In this document: piece after piece, positions 54,598-63,799 of the stretch | How the letters are laid out: the number at the start of each line of letters is the position of its first letter | How positions within the stretch are numbered: the stretch's first letter is position 1 | Origin: a virus | Lineage: Duplodnaviria > Caudoviricetes | Strand: one strand, 5' to 3' | Length of the DNA: 64,000 bases | IMG/VR virus record: IMGVR_UViG_3300031912_000871 | Span: 1-64,000 of that record | Made by a program: the position numbers and the translations under genes | The notes under the pieces: model-generated | Databases searched by the model: none | The model's input: only the letters and a program-made list of their open reading frames with translations | Told to the model about the DNA's origin: nothing

Positions 54598-55173
54598 TCA
54601 GCCCTCGGTTGCAGGGGCGGCGGCGCGGGCCAGCGCGATCGCCTCCAGCGCGGTCGCCCGGTTGACCTCCGTGCCTTTCGGGAACGCCAGCGACATCAGC
54701 TCGGTCCGGGAGTTGCCGCGCCGGATCAGGGCGTTCGCGCGGACCTTCGCCACCACGATCGTGCCGACCCCGGACATGTCGAACAGGTCGTCGGGGTCGA
54801 TCGGGTTGCCGGCGTCGTCCACATAGCCCAGGAAGGCGTCCGCGTCGGCGGGCGCCACCGGGGCCGGTGCGACCAGCGGTGCCGCGGGAGCGGTGTTCGG
54901 GCTCGCCGGCGGGGCGAGCGGAGCGGCGGCTGGTTGAGGCGCGGCGGCCGGGGCCTGCGCGGTCGGCGGTGCCTGCTCGGTCGGCGGTGCCAGCGGTGCG
55001 GATGGCTCCGGCGTGCTGCTCGGGGCCTGCGCGGCGGCCGGGGCCTGCGTGCTGGTCGAGGGCTGCTCGGCCGGCTGAGCGGCGCCCTCCGCCTGGCCGC
55101 TTGGCTCGGCGGTCTCCTTGGGCGCGGTCGGCGCGGCCGGCGCGGTGGCCTTCCTGGCGGTGCTGCGGCTCAT
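54598..55173 (-). CDS. Ala/Pro-rich virion-associated protein
   Basis: Late promoter; low-complexity N-terminus, folded C-terminus. Confidence 0.7.
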   Translation of the reverse strand: MSRSTARKATAPAAPTAPKETAEPSGQAEGAAQPAEQPSTSTQAPAAAQAPSSTPEPSAPLAPPTEQAPPTAQAPAAAPQPAAAPLAPPASPNTAPAAPLVAPAPVAPADADAFLGYVDDAGNPIDPDDLFDMSGVGTIVVAKVRANALIRRGNSRTELMSLAFPKGTEVNRATALEAIALARAAAPATEG

Positions 55174-55209
55174 CAGGATCTCCTGCTGACGGGTGACGGA
55201 TCGTCCCGC

Positions 55210-55238
55210 ACCGTACGGCCGCAACCGGCTAACGTCCC
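55210..55238 (-). promoter_or_regulatory. Late-type promoter
   Basis: GGGACGTTAGC-N12-TACGGT. Confidence 0.7.
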
Positions 55239-55241
55239 CGG

Positions 55242-55520
55242 CTAGAACACCACGTCCTCTGGCGTGGGGCCGGGCGGCGGCACCGAGGGAGGGTCGCCGG
55301 TGATCGTCAGCGGCCCGGGTACGACGTGCAGCACCACCAGGTACTGCCACACGGGGTCCGTGGCGCTCAGCGGCGCGTACGCCGGCCCGGTTGGGGTGAT
55401 CGGCACCGCCCGCCCCTCGAACGCGGTCAGGTCCGCGAACGTCGCGTCGTCGCAGTCCAGCTGCCCGTTCTCGCCGAGCGCCGCCCACCGGCCGTCTCGG
55501 CCTTCCACACGCCAGGTCAC
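55242..55520 (-). CDS. Small partner (possible immunity/chaperone) of the HExxH protein
   Basis: GTGA overlap; C-terminal GDPP...P.DVVF. Confidence 0.65.
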   Translation of the reverse strand: MTWRVEGRDGRWAALGENGQLDCDDATFADLTAFEGRAVPITPTGPAYAPLSATDPVWQYLVVLHVVPGPLTITGDPPSVPPPGPTPEDVVF

Positions 55521-57103
55521 CGGCTCCTCCGCTTCCTCTTCGGCTTCGTGGTCTCGGTACGGGCGAGGGTAGCCAGCACACCCAGGGTGAAGTGCTGCAA
55601 CTCGTCGTCGCCGAAGCGCGGGTTCCGGCCGAAGGTGTCCTGCAACCCGACCTGGAACACCTCCCACGGCCGAGCGCCCGGGTCGGGGTCCTGCACGAAC
55701 GGCCGACCGTTGACGCGCCCGATCTGCTCGTACGACTTGCCCGCGTACGGGTTGCGCCAGTCGTCCGGGAAGGCCACCTCCCGCTCGTCGTAGCCGCTGT
55801 GCCGCACGATGTCCTTCAGCCGGGCCAGTGGCTCCAGGCTGCTGCCGCGCATGGACCGGCGCCGCACGAACGTGAACTCGAGTTCCTGCAACCCGGGCAC
55901 CATCATCTCCATGCGGTGGCCCATCTCGTGGACGTTCACCTCGTGCGTGTAGTCCCGGAACGCGCCGATGTAGACGTCCTGGTCGCGTGCTGTGACCGGC
56001 ATGGCCAGCAAGGACGAGTCGTGGCCCCGTCCACCCGCGTGGAAGGCCCGCTGGCTGGACGCGATCCGCAGCTCGGCCTTGGCCGACAGACTCAGCCAGT
56101 CGTCGGGGAAGTACGCCTCCGCCTCCCGCAGCCGCGCCTCCCAGTCTGGACGGGCGGCCTCAGCGCCATACACGCGGCGGCTGCTCTCTCCAGCCGGGGC
56201 GGCCTTATGCCGCACACCGCCGAACGGCCTCACCGAGGCGAGCAGCTGCTTCAGTAGCTCATGCTCCCGGCGGGTCTGTGCCTTCTGCGCCGCGTTCCGC
56301 CGGGCCATCAGGTCGTGCCGGCCCGGGTCCTGGGCGGCGAACGCCTTCCGGATCGCCTCGGGGCCCAGCTCCCCGTCGAGCTTCCGTTGCAGGTCGTTGT
56401 ACTCCTTGTCGCGGCGCTTCGCGTCGAGGAAGTCGTCGTGCAGCGCCTTCCCGGCCTCCAGCACCTGGTCGAGGGCCTTGTGGTACTCCTCGGGCGGCAG
56501 CACCCGGCCCACCGGGTCCTTCGGGTAGACCATCTCGACCTGCGCCGCAAGCATGTTGCCGAGACCACGGTTGGAGGGCTTCGCCAGCTCCTCCGGGTTT
56601 TCGGCGATGCCACGCATCCAGGCCAGCTGGGACTCCGCCATAGCCACGTCGCGGATCTCGTCGGCGAGCCGGTCGTTGGCGATCTGCTCCCGCTTCGACT
56701 TCGGGGTGCGCTTGCGCCGGAACTCGTCGGCCAGCTCGGCGCGCCGCTTCGCGAGAGTGTCCCGGACGGCGGCCAGCTCCGCTTCGAGCTCAGCGACCCG
56801 CCGGTCGACGGCCCGCTCTGCCGGGCGGATCTCCTTGCGCACCGCGGACCGCCACCCGGCCTCGTCTGCGGGCAGCGCCTGACGTGCCCGCTGCGCCGCC
56901 TCCCACGCCCGAGTGGACGCGACGTGGTTGCGGGCGGACGGCCGGCGGGGCCGTTTCGGGCCGCCCGGCTTCGGGATGAACCGGCCGGTGCGCGGGTCAC
57001 GAGGGTGGTCCTCGGCTCGCCACAGCTTCACCGCGTAGCGGGCGTAGCCGAGCGGTGTGAGTAGGGGTGCCACCACCTGGTAGCGGGCCCGCGTCGACAG
57101 CAT
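55517..57103 (-). CDS. Head-associated protein with a C-terminal zincin (HExxH) domain
   Basis: HPRDPRTGRF motif; VHEMGHRME...YAGKSY...WEVFQVG. Confidence 0.75.
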   Translation of the reverse strand: MLSTRARYQVVAPLLTPLGYARYAVKLWRAEDHPRDPRTGRFIPKPGGPKRPRRPSARNHVASTRAWEAAQRARQALPADEAGWRSAVRKEIRPAERAVDRRVAELEAELAAVRDTLAKRRAELADEFRRKRTPKSKREQIANDRLADEIRDVAMAESQLAWMRGIAENPEELAKPSNRGLGNMLAAQVEMVYPKDPVGRVLPPEEYHKALDQVLEAGKALHDDFLDAKRRDKEYNDLQRKLDGELGPEAIRKAFAAQDPGRHDLMARRNAAQKAQTRREHELLKQLLASVRPFGGVRHKAAPAGESSRRVYGAEAARPDWEARLREAEAYFPDDWLSLSAKAELRIASSQRAFHAGGRGHDSSLLAMPVTARDQDVYIGAFRDYTHEVNVHEMGHRMEMMVPGLQELEFTFVRRRSMRGSSLEPLARLKDIVRHSGYDEREVAFPDDWRNPYAGKSYEQIGRVNGRPFVQDPDPGARPWEVFQVGLQDTFGRNPRFGDDELQHFTLGVLATLARTETTKPKRKRRSR

Positions 57104-57141
57104 GGTGCTCCTCACCGAGGCAGGGGACAGGGCTGGTACGA

Positions 57142-57176
57142 GGCGGGGCCGCAGGAGAACGTCCTGCGGCCCCGCC
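57142..57176 (-). terminator. Terminator after the capsid gene
   Basis: GGCGGGGCCGCAGGA/TCCTGCGGCCCCGCC. Confidence 0.75.
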
Positions 57177-57189
57177 CTCACGTGCCTCG

Positions 57190-58545
57190 TCAGCCGACGT
57201 GCAGGGTGCCCTGCACGAACGCCTCCGGCCGGTCCACGGTCAGACCGACCCGCTCGTGGCCCTTCAGGGTCACGCCGTCGCGCTCGAACAGGTCCTGGTT
57301 CTCCGTCGACACGTCGACCTGGACGCTGCGCCGGTCGAACAGCTGCGCGCCCAGCCCGAACGCACCGAGCAGGTACCGGCCCTCCGGCATCGCGGTGGTC
57401 GCGACGACCGGCAGCCGCCACACCCGCTCCTCGGCGCCGACGGCGATGGAGGTGACCAGGGTCAGGCGACCGTTGTCGTCGGTCTCCAGCTCCATGTCCT
57501 CCCAGTCCAGCGGGTTGATGATGATCCCGGTGGGGGCCATCTCGGCCAGCTGGACGCGGGTGATCGCCCGCCGCAGCGTGACGGTCTTCTTCTCCGACGG
57601 GTTGCCGGAGTTCAGCGGCTGGTTGTAGGTCTGCACGCCGGTCGTGTTGAGGATGCCGCGGATGTTGGCACCCTGACCGTTACCGAAGAGGATCTGGTCG
57701 TCCTCCTCCAGCCGCACGCCCTCGATCAGCTGCCGGTTGATCAGGCCGCGCATGCGCGGCTCGTCGTCCAGGGTCTGCTGGTGGGCGTACATGACGTGGC
57801 TGATGGTGGCCAGCGGGTACGTGACCACCTCCAGCGTGAGCTTGCTGCGGGGCGCGCGACCGAACACGTCGGTGTCGCCACCGGTCGGGGCGCTGGTGCC
57901 GTCGGCGGCGGTACGCTCCCGCACCGCGGCGGCGTTGTTCACGAAACCGGTCTGCCGGATGCCGTAGAGGATCGCGGCGGTGGTCTCGTCCGGCGGGAAC
58001 AGGTTCCGCACGTGCATCAGGCGGGGCAGCTTCTCCACCAGGGGCCGCTGCTGGTGGTTGCCGAGGGCCTGCACGCCGGTCAGGTTGCCGGCCATCGCGG
58101 AGAAGACGTCCTTCGCGCCGATCTCCCCGGCGTCGACGCCCTTGCGGAACATGCTCTCGCCGTCGACCTCGAAGGTCATGCGACCCCGGTAGCCGCGGCC
58201 CTTGTACTCGGCCCACGACTCCGAGGCGAGGAACTGCTCGCCGAGGCTCTGCCCGCCGTTCATCGCGTGGTGGGCGGCGCTCGCGGCGCCGGCGACCGAC
58301 CCGCCTTCGGGGGCGTCGAGCCACTCCCGCAGGCCCGCGTTGCTGGCCTTGGCGTCGATCAGCGCCTTCAGCGTCTTCGCCTCTTCGGTGGCCGCGAGGT
58401 ACGCCTTGGCCTGGTCACCGTGGAGGCTGACCTTGCCGTCCTTCACCTCGAACGCGCCGGTCATGGCGTCGATCTCGGCGGTCTTCTCCTTCAGCGCGTT
58501 CTTGAGACCGGTGATCTCGTCGCGCACCTTCGTGCTGGTGGTCAT
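57190..58545 (-). CDS. Major capsid protein (HK97 fold)
   Basis: N-terminal scaffold helix; EEDDQILFGNG...GILN...INPLDW...VWRLPVV...FERDGVTLKGHERVG. Confidence 0.92.
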   Translation of the reverse strand: MTTSTKVRDEITGLKNALKEKTAEIDAMTGAFEVKDGKVSLHGDQAKAYLAATEEAKTLKALIDAKASNAGLREWLDAPEGGSVAGAASAAHHAMNGGQSLGEQFLASESWAEYKGRGYRGRMTFEVDGESMFRKGVDAGEIGAKDVFSAMAGNLTGVQALGNHQQRPLVEKLPRLMHVRNLFPPDETTAAILYGIRQTGFVNNAAAVRERTAADGTSAPTGGDTDVFGRAPRSKLTLEVVTYPLATISHVMYAHQQTLDDEPRMRGLINRQLIEGVRLEEDDQILFGNGQGANIRGILNTTGVQTYNQPLNSGNPSEKKTVTLRRAITRVQLAEMAPTGIIINPLDWEDMELETDDNGRLTLVTSIAVGAEERVWRLPVVATTAMPEGRYLLGAFGLGAQLFDRRSVQVDVSTENQDLFERDGVTLKGHERVGLTVDRPEAFVQGTLHVG

Positions 58546-58656
58546 GGTGGTCTCCCAGATGGGCACGGATTCGTTGTCGTGCCCGGGCGGGAGGCGTCGC
58601 GTCGGCCCGGCCACCGCCGGGAACGCCCGCAGGCCGATCGCCCGTGGCTGCCCGGA

Positions 58657-58686
58657 AACGTAGAGGCGGGCCGGGGTTAACGTCCC
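58657..58686 (-). promoter_or_regulatory. Late-type promoter (capsid)
   Basis: GGGACGTTAAC-N13-TACGTT. Confidence 0.75.
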
Positions 58687-58709
58687 CGGCCCGCCCGTTA
58701 CCCGTTCGG

Positions 58710-60560
58710 TCAGTCGCGCAGCGCCGCCAGGTCAGCCTGCATCTGCTCGAAGTCGAGCACCATGCTGTCGTCCGGCTCGCCGGTCTTCTCCTCCACCTGG
58801 CCGCCGGTCTTCTCACCCGGCTCGCCGTCGGGGTCGAGCACCGCGCCCAGGTCCACGCCCGCCTCGGTGAGCGCGTCCAGCAGCTGCCCGACCGACGCGG
58901 CGAGCCGCTCCGACCCATCACCGGCAACCTGGGCGCCCTTCACCCCGGCCGCGTCGGCGGCCACCGCCAGGGACAACTGCGCGGTCGCGTCGGCCAGCAG
59001 CTCGGCGACCGACGCGACGGTCGCCTCCGCCACCTCCGGCACGTCGCCGGACTTGGTGGCCGGCACCACCTGGGCGACCAGCTGCACCCGCAGCATCTCC
59101 CCGAAGCTGATCGTCCCGTCCTCGCCGACGGTGTAGGGGATCTGCCAGGTCTGCGTCTCCCCGTCGTCGCGGGGCGACCGGTTGACGACCACGTGGTCGT
59201 CCCAGGTACCCACGACGTACACCCACCACTCCGGCTGCCCGTGCTGATCCCTCGGCCCGGCCAGTGCCTGCCGGGCGGCCTCCCGCAGCGCGTCCCGCCG
59301 CTCCTCGTACGAGCCGGGAAGCACGTCCCTGACCTTGGTTTCCAGCGTCACCGAAGCGCCCTTCTCGCCGGTGTCACCGGCGGTCTCCTCGTCGCCCACC
59401 TCGTCGGTGAGCGCATCGTCGTCCACCGCCAGCTCCAGGTCCCCATCGAGCTCCGGGTACACCTCGGCGGTCTTCTTCCCTCGCTGCGCGGCCGACCACT
59501 TGCGGCGCCGCTCCCGCTCGGCGTCCCGCGCGGAGTCGAACGCCTCCTGCCACTGGCGGCGCCGTTCCCGCTCCGCCGCCTGGAGTTCCTTCTTCGTCTC
59601 GCCGGTCGCGGCCTCGACCGTCCGGTCGGCGTCCGCGCGCCGTATGCGCTCGGCGGCCCGCTCCCGGTCGAACGCGGCCTGCACCTTGTCCCGCCGGGCC
59701 GCCTCGGCGTCGCGTTCCTTCTTCCGCGCCGCCCCGTCGCCCGACCCGGAGCTGCCCGAACCACCGCTGCCCTCGACGAGCGCGCGGTCGCCGCCGAGGA
59801 CCCGCTTCAGCCAGTCCGGGCCGAGCTTGGCGTTCGGGTCGCCGCCCGGCCCGGCCGGGGCCGCGCCGCCGGACCCGCCGGCCGTCCACTGGCCGGAGGC
59901 GTCGCGGGGCTGCGACGGGTCGAACTTGGCCTCCAGCTCGTCCGGCTGGTCCAAGGCGGCACCGAACCCGCCGCCCGTCGCGTCCTTCACGCCGAGGGTG
60001 GACGTCTGGGTGTTCGCGCCGTGCAGCACATCGGACCACTCGAAGAAGTCGACCTTCGCCATCACCCGCGCGCCGTCGCCCTTGCGGCGGGTGACGTGGC
60101 CCGGCACCGCCCGGTAGCCGATCGACCACTGGCCCTCGTCCGCGTAGAACTTCGCGTTCGAGTAGCCCTCCTTGCCGTCCTTCGTGTCCAGGTTGTACTG
60201 GCCCTTGATGTACAGCGCCCCGGCTTCCTTCGGCCACGGGGAGCCGTCCGGCAGGGTCTTCGGCAGCCGGGAGTCACCCGGCAGCCACTCCTCCTGGACG
60301 AGGGTCTTCGCGGCCATCCGAGCCCAGTCGTGGTGCCGGACACCCTTGCTCTTGCGCCTGGCGAGCGTGTCGGCGTACGCGCCGGGGGTGATGATGTCGC
60401 CCTGGTCGTCCTTGATGCCGGTGATCGACACCAGGCACTCCACGATGCCGTGCTCGTCGTCGTGGTCGAGCAGCACACCGGACGCGCCGGCGGCCTTGTA
60501 CTCCAGCTGCGGCGGCGGAGCCGACAGGTCGAGGTCGGCGGTGCCGGCAGATGCTCCCAT
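58710..60560 (-). CDS. HK97-type prohead protease with a long C-terminal scaffold-like extension
   Basis: DDQGDIITPGAY...HHDW...WSIGY...EWSDVLHGAN; QPRDASGQW motif. Confidence 0.85.
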   Translation of the reverse strand: MGASAGTADLDLSAPPPQLEYKAAGASGVLLDHDDEHGIVECLVSITGIKDDQGDIITPGAYADTLARRKSKGVRHHDWARMAAKTLVQEEWLPGDSRLPKTLPDGSPWPKEAGALYIKGQYNLDTKDGKEGYSNAKFYADEGQWSIGYRAVPGHVTRRKGDGARVMAKVDFFEWSDVLHGANTQTSTLGVKDATGGGFGAALDQPDELEAKFDPSQPRDASGQWTAGGSGGAAPAGPGGDPNAKLGPDWLKRVLGGDRALVEGSGGSGSSGSGDGAARKKERDAEAARRDKVQAAFDRERAAERIRRADADRTVEAATGETKKELQAAERERRRQWQEAFDSARDAERERRRKWSAAQRGKKTAEVYPELDGDLELAVDDDALTDEVGDEETAGDTGEKGASVTLETKVRDVLPGSYEERRDALREAARQALAGPRDQHGQPEWWVYVVGTWDDHVVVNRSPRDDGETQTWQIPYTVGEDGTISFGEMLRVQLVAQVVPATKSGDVPEVAEATVASVAELLADATAQLSLAVAADAAGVKGAQVAGDGSERLAASVGQLLDALTEAGVDLGAVLDPDGEPGEKTGGQVEEKTGEPDDSMVLDFEQMQADLAALRD

Positions 60561-60598
60561 GAGCGTGCCTCCAGATGGGCGGGCAGAGTCTGCCCGGC

Positions 60599-60628
60599 AT
60601 GGTCGCTCCGCCGCCGGGTTAGCGTCCC
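60599..60628 (-). promoter_or_regulatory. Late-type promoter
   Basis: GGGACGCTAAC-N13-GACCAT. Confidence 0.7.
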
Positions 60629-62958
60629 GCTCGTGTGGCCCGCTTGGCGCTGAGGGTCAGCCGACACCGGCAGCCGATCGTCTCCTCCAGCGGGCCGTCC
60701 GGGTCGCGCGGGTACCGCAGCTGCGCCTTGCCCACGGAGAACGTCTTGCCGACCGGTCGGGCTTGCCCGTTGGCGTTGCGGTGGGTGGTCCGGACGGCGC
60801 TGTCACGGCGGTCCCGCCACGTCGCGGTCACCTCCAGCCCGAGCGCGGCAGCAGCCCGCGCCGCGGCGTACATGCCGCCGGTGACAGCCGTGCGGACGGC
60901 GTGACCGGCGACGCTCTTCGCCCAGCTGAGCAGCGACCCGGCGTCGACCCGGGCGGTGAGCTGCTCCATGGTCTCTCCGGCGGCCTCCCCGGCGGCGAGG
61001 GACGCGGCGAGCTTGAGGCCGGCCGCGCGGGCGGCGTCAGCGGCGGCTGTGACCGCTGCGGTGGCCACGGCCGCCGCTTCCCGGCCTGCGGCGGCCGTGC
61101 CTGCCGACGGACCGGCGAGCAGCCCCACCGCGGTGACGGCGGCGCCCGTAGCTGCGGCCGCGATCAGCGGGCTCAAGGCATCCTCGGTGTCCTGCGCCCA
61201 CACGTCGGGGTCGACGGCCGCCGTGGTGTCGAGGGCCTTCAGCCCGACCCGCCGGTCCACCTCCATATCGGGGTCGGCCGTCCAGTGCCGGGTGCCCTTG
61301 CGGGCCTTCGGGGACCGCAGCCGCGCCGACGTCCGCGCCGCCCATCGGGCCGTCAGAGCCGTCAGTGCCGCGGTCACCGCGGCCTCGGCTGCCTCGCCGC
61401 CCACCTGCTCGCTGCTCACCGTGCGGGCTGGCGCGGCGGCGGCCTTCAGCCCGTACCGGGCTACCCCGAGGGCGGTTTTGCCGGCCGGTTCGCCGGCTGG
61501 CTTCTCACGGTCGGCGGCGTCGCGTGGCTTCCTGCCGGCAGGTGGCTTCGTCTCGCTGTCCGGCTTCTCGTCCGGCTTCTTCCCGGTGGGGGGCTTGTCG
61601 CCGGGCTGCTCCTCGTCGCCGCCGTCGGCCGCAGGGGCCATCTGGGCGGCCATCTCCTCGCGGCGCTTCTCGGCCTCCTCGACGTCCTCCGGTGTCTGCG
61701 GGATCTGTGCCTTCCCGGTGTTGGGCAGCCACAGCGCCCGGGTCTCGGGCGTGGAGTGCACCTCGTAGCCGGCCAGCTCCGCGTACGACTCGATGGTGCG
61801 GAGGCCCTGCTGCACCTCCAGCCGGGCCTCCTCGCGGACGGCCCGCTGAGGTAGCCGCAGCGCTTCGACACCGGACAGGTCGAACTCCGGTTCGAGGTCG
61901 CGCTCGTCCAACGGGTCGACCATCTCCGCTGCGATCAGCTCCAGCGGCGGCGGCATGGTCTCGGTCCAGAAGTTGTACTTGTCCTGCGCGGCGTTGTCGA
62001 ACGTCGAGCCCTTGGAGATGCCGAGCAGGCTCTCGGGTACACCGATGCCGCCGAGGATCTCCTCCCGCGCGTTGCGGGTCAGCTGCTCGTACAGCATGTC
62101 CTTCGGCCGGGCCGACAGGTCGGCGTAGCTCACCTGGTCGGAGTTGACGATGGTGACCTTGCCGGCGTCGACCGGACCCCGACCGAAGCGGCGCTCCAGC
62201 TTCGTGGTGTCCTCGCCGTTGAGGCCGCCCTTGATGCCGACGATCGCGCGTACGTGCCCGTCGTTGAGCATCCAGTGCACGTTGATCTGCCGGGCCAGGT
62301 CGTCCATCTCGACGGACGCGCCGAGCGCCGACATCACCGTGTCCGCCCGGAACGGGTCCAGCGGGTGCGGCTCGCGGATCCACCACACCCGGTCGAACGG
62401 CACGGTCCGGACCGAGCCGTCGGGCATCTTCGTCTCGAAGTGGGAGATCAGCCGGTCACCGGCCACGACCCGCCCACTCTTCGCGCTCTCGGTGGGCACC
62501 GGCACGGTGCGGCCTGGGGGCAGCAGGTCCAGGCGGATGATGTCCCCGCCACGGGAACGGGTGAACTCCACGAACGCGCCACGCGGCGAGTACATGACCT
62601 GGATGAACAGGCGCCGCTTGAACGCGCGGCCCTTCTCCAACGGGTTGGTCTGAGCGTGCGGCTGGAGCAGCCGGACCACGGGGTGGTCGTCCACGTACTC
62701 GTCGGTCCCGGCGACCTTGTACCGGAACGGCAGCCGGGAGAAGTGCCCGGCCATCAGGGAGGTGCCCCGCCACAGCCAGACGGTCCGCTCATACGCCTGG
62801 TAGACGGCCCGCTCGACGTCCCACTTCTGCTGGCGGCGTTTCCCGCCGAGCCAGTCGGGCATCTGCCCGCTGTCGGTGGACCACCGGATCGTATCGACCG
62901 TCTTGGTCTCCACGTCGTCGGCGCGGCGGCCGAGGCGGAGGCTGGGGAACAGCGGCAC
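60619..62958 (-). CDS. Portal protein fused to a MuF-like head morphogenesis domain
   Basis: IIRLDLLPP...WWIREPHPLDPFRA...AREEILGGIGVP; C-terminal VRTTH...RYPRDP...GCRC. Confidence 0.88.
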   Translation of the reverse strand: MPLFPSLRLGRRADDVETKTVDTIRWSTDSGQMPDWLGGKRRQQKWDVERAVYQAYERTVWLWRGTSLMAGHFSRLPFRYKVAGTDEYVDDHPVVRLLQPHAQTNPLEKGRAFKRRLFIQVMYSPRGAFVEFTRSRGGDIIRLDLLPPGRTVPVPTESAKSGRVVAGDRLISHFETKMPDGSVRTVPFDRVWWIREPHPLDPFRADTVMSALGASVEMDDLARQINVHWMLNDGHVRAIVGIKGGLNGEDTTKLERRFGRGPVDAGKVTIVNSDQVSYADLSARPKDMLYEQLTRNAREEILGGIGVPESLLGISKGSTFDNAAQDKYNFWTETMPPPLELIAAEMVDPLDERDLEPEFDLSGVEALRLPQRAVREEARLEVQQGLRTIESYAELAGYEVHSTPETRALWLPNTGKAQIPQTPEDVEEAEKRREEMAAQMAPAADGGDEEQPGDKPPTGKKPDEKPDSETKPPAGRKPRDAADREKPAGEPAGKTALGVARYGLKAAAAPARTVSSEQVGGEAAEAAVTAALTALTARWAARTSARLRSPKARKGTRHWTADPDMEVDRRVGLKALDTTAAVDPDVWAQDTEDALSPLIAAAATGAAVTAVGLLAGPSAGTAAAGREAAAVATAAVTAAADAARAAGLKLAASLAAGEAAGETMEQLTARVDAGSLLSWAKSVAGHAVRTAVTGGMYAAARAAAALGLEVTATWRDRRDSAVRTTHRNANGQARPVGKTFSVGKAQLRYPRDPDGPLEETIGCRCRLTLSAKRATRAGR

Positions 62959-62962
62959 CCGG

Positions 62963-63148
62963 TTACTCCCTACCCAGCAGGAAACCGACTCCGGCGGTGA
63001 GGCCGCCGGCCAGCGCGGCACCGGCGAGCGGATGCCAGCCGAACGCGGCGACCACTGCGGCAGCCGCGACGGTCAGGACCCCGGCGGCGAGCAGGACGGC
63101 GCCGGTGATGTCGCGGGCGCGGCGGCTGGTCAGAAGTCGGCGGCTCAC
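62963..63148 (-). CDS. Small two-TM protein (leaderless, late promoter)
   Basis: Hydrophobic; GTG 7 nt after -10. Confidence 0.7.
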   Translation of the reverse strand: MSRRLLTSRRARDITGAVLLAAGVLTVAAAAVVAAFGWHPLAGAALAGGLTAGVGFLLGRE

Positions 63149-63155
63149 GGCCGGG

Positions 63156-63185
63156 ACGGTAGGCCCACCGAAGGGCTAGCGTCCC
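63156..63185 (-). promoter_or_regulatory. Late-type promoter
   Basis: GGGACGCTAGC-N13-TACCGT. Confidence 0.75.
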
Positions 63186-63197
63186 CCGGGCGCGTGG

Positions 63198-63551
63198 TCA
63201 GGCGACCGCCATCGCGGGCATGGGAGGCCGGCCGTAGTTGTGGGGCTCCTCGTGCAGGTGCTCGCAGGCGTCCCAGGGCATCAGGTGAGTGGGGCACTTG
63301 CGCTTGCGGCGCCCGTCCGGGCCGCCGCGCAGGTGAGCGGTGCCGACGGTCGCGGCCGAGCATGTCTGTCCGCGCACTGCGTCGTACCAGCCCTGGCACT
63401 GAGCGCACCGCAGGTCGAGCACATCTACCCTGACCCCCGCGGTCAGGACGATGTACCCGTCTTCGAGGGCCTGTTCGGCGGACTCGGGTTCGATGGTGAC
63501 GTTTGCTGCCGCGTACCACTGGTGTTCGGGGCTGAAGACCGCTGCTGGCAA
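63198..63551 (-). CDS. Cys/His-rich hypothetical phage protein
   Basis: GGAGG SD with TTG start; LRCAQC...HLRGGP. Confidence 0.65.
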   Translation of the reverse strand: MPAAVFSPEHQWYAAANVTIEPESAEQALEDGYIVLTAGVRVDVLDLRCAQCQGWYDAVRGQTCSAATVGTAHLRGGPDGRRKRKCPTHLMPWDACEHLHEEPHNYGRPPMPAMAVA

Positions 63552-63799
63552 GGGGGTGACCTCCAAGCACGAGGGGAGGGATCTGCTTGTTTCGGCGACA
63601 TCTGGGGCAGGGTTGCGGCCCGCCGTCCTCCCCGGCTCGCGTAGCGAAGTATGTCGATGACCAGCGAAAACCGGTCGATGTCGCTGGCTGCTGTGATGCC
63701 CGAGCATACGGTGATCACCCGCCCCCGCGTCAACTACAGTGAACGAATCTAGCGCCAGGCCGTCCGGTTGACTTGACTGGCCGGATGGCCGAGGGAAGC

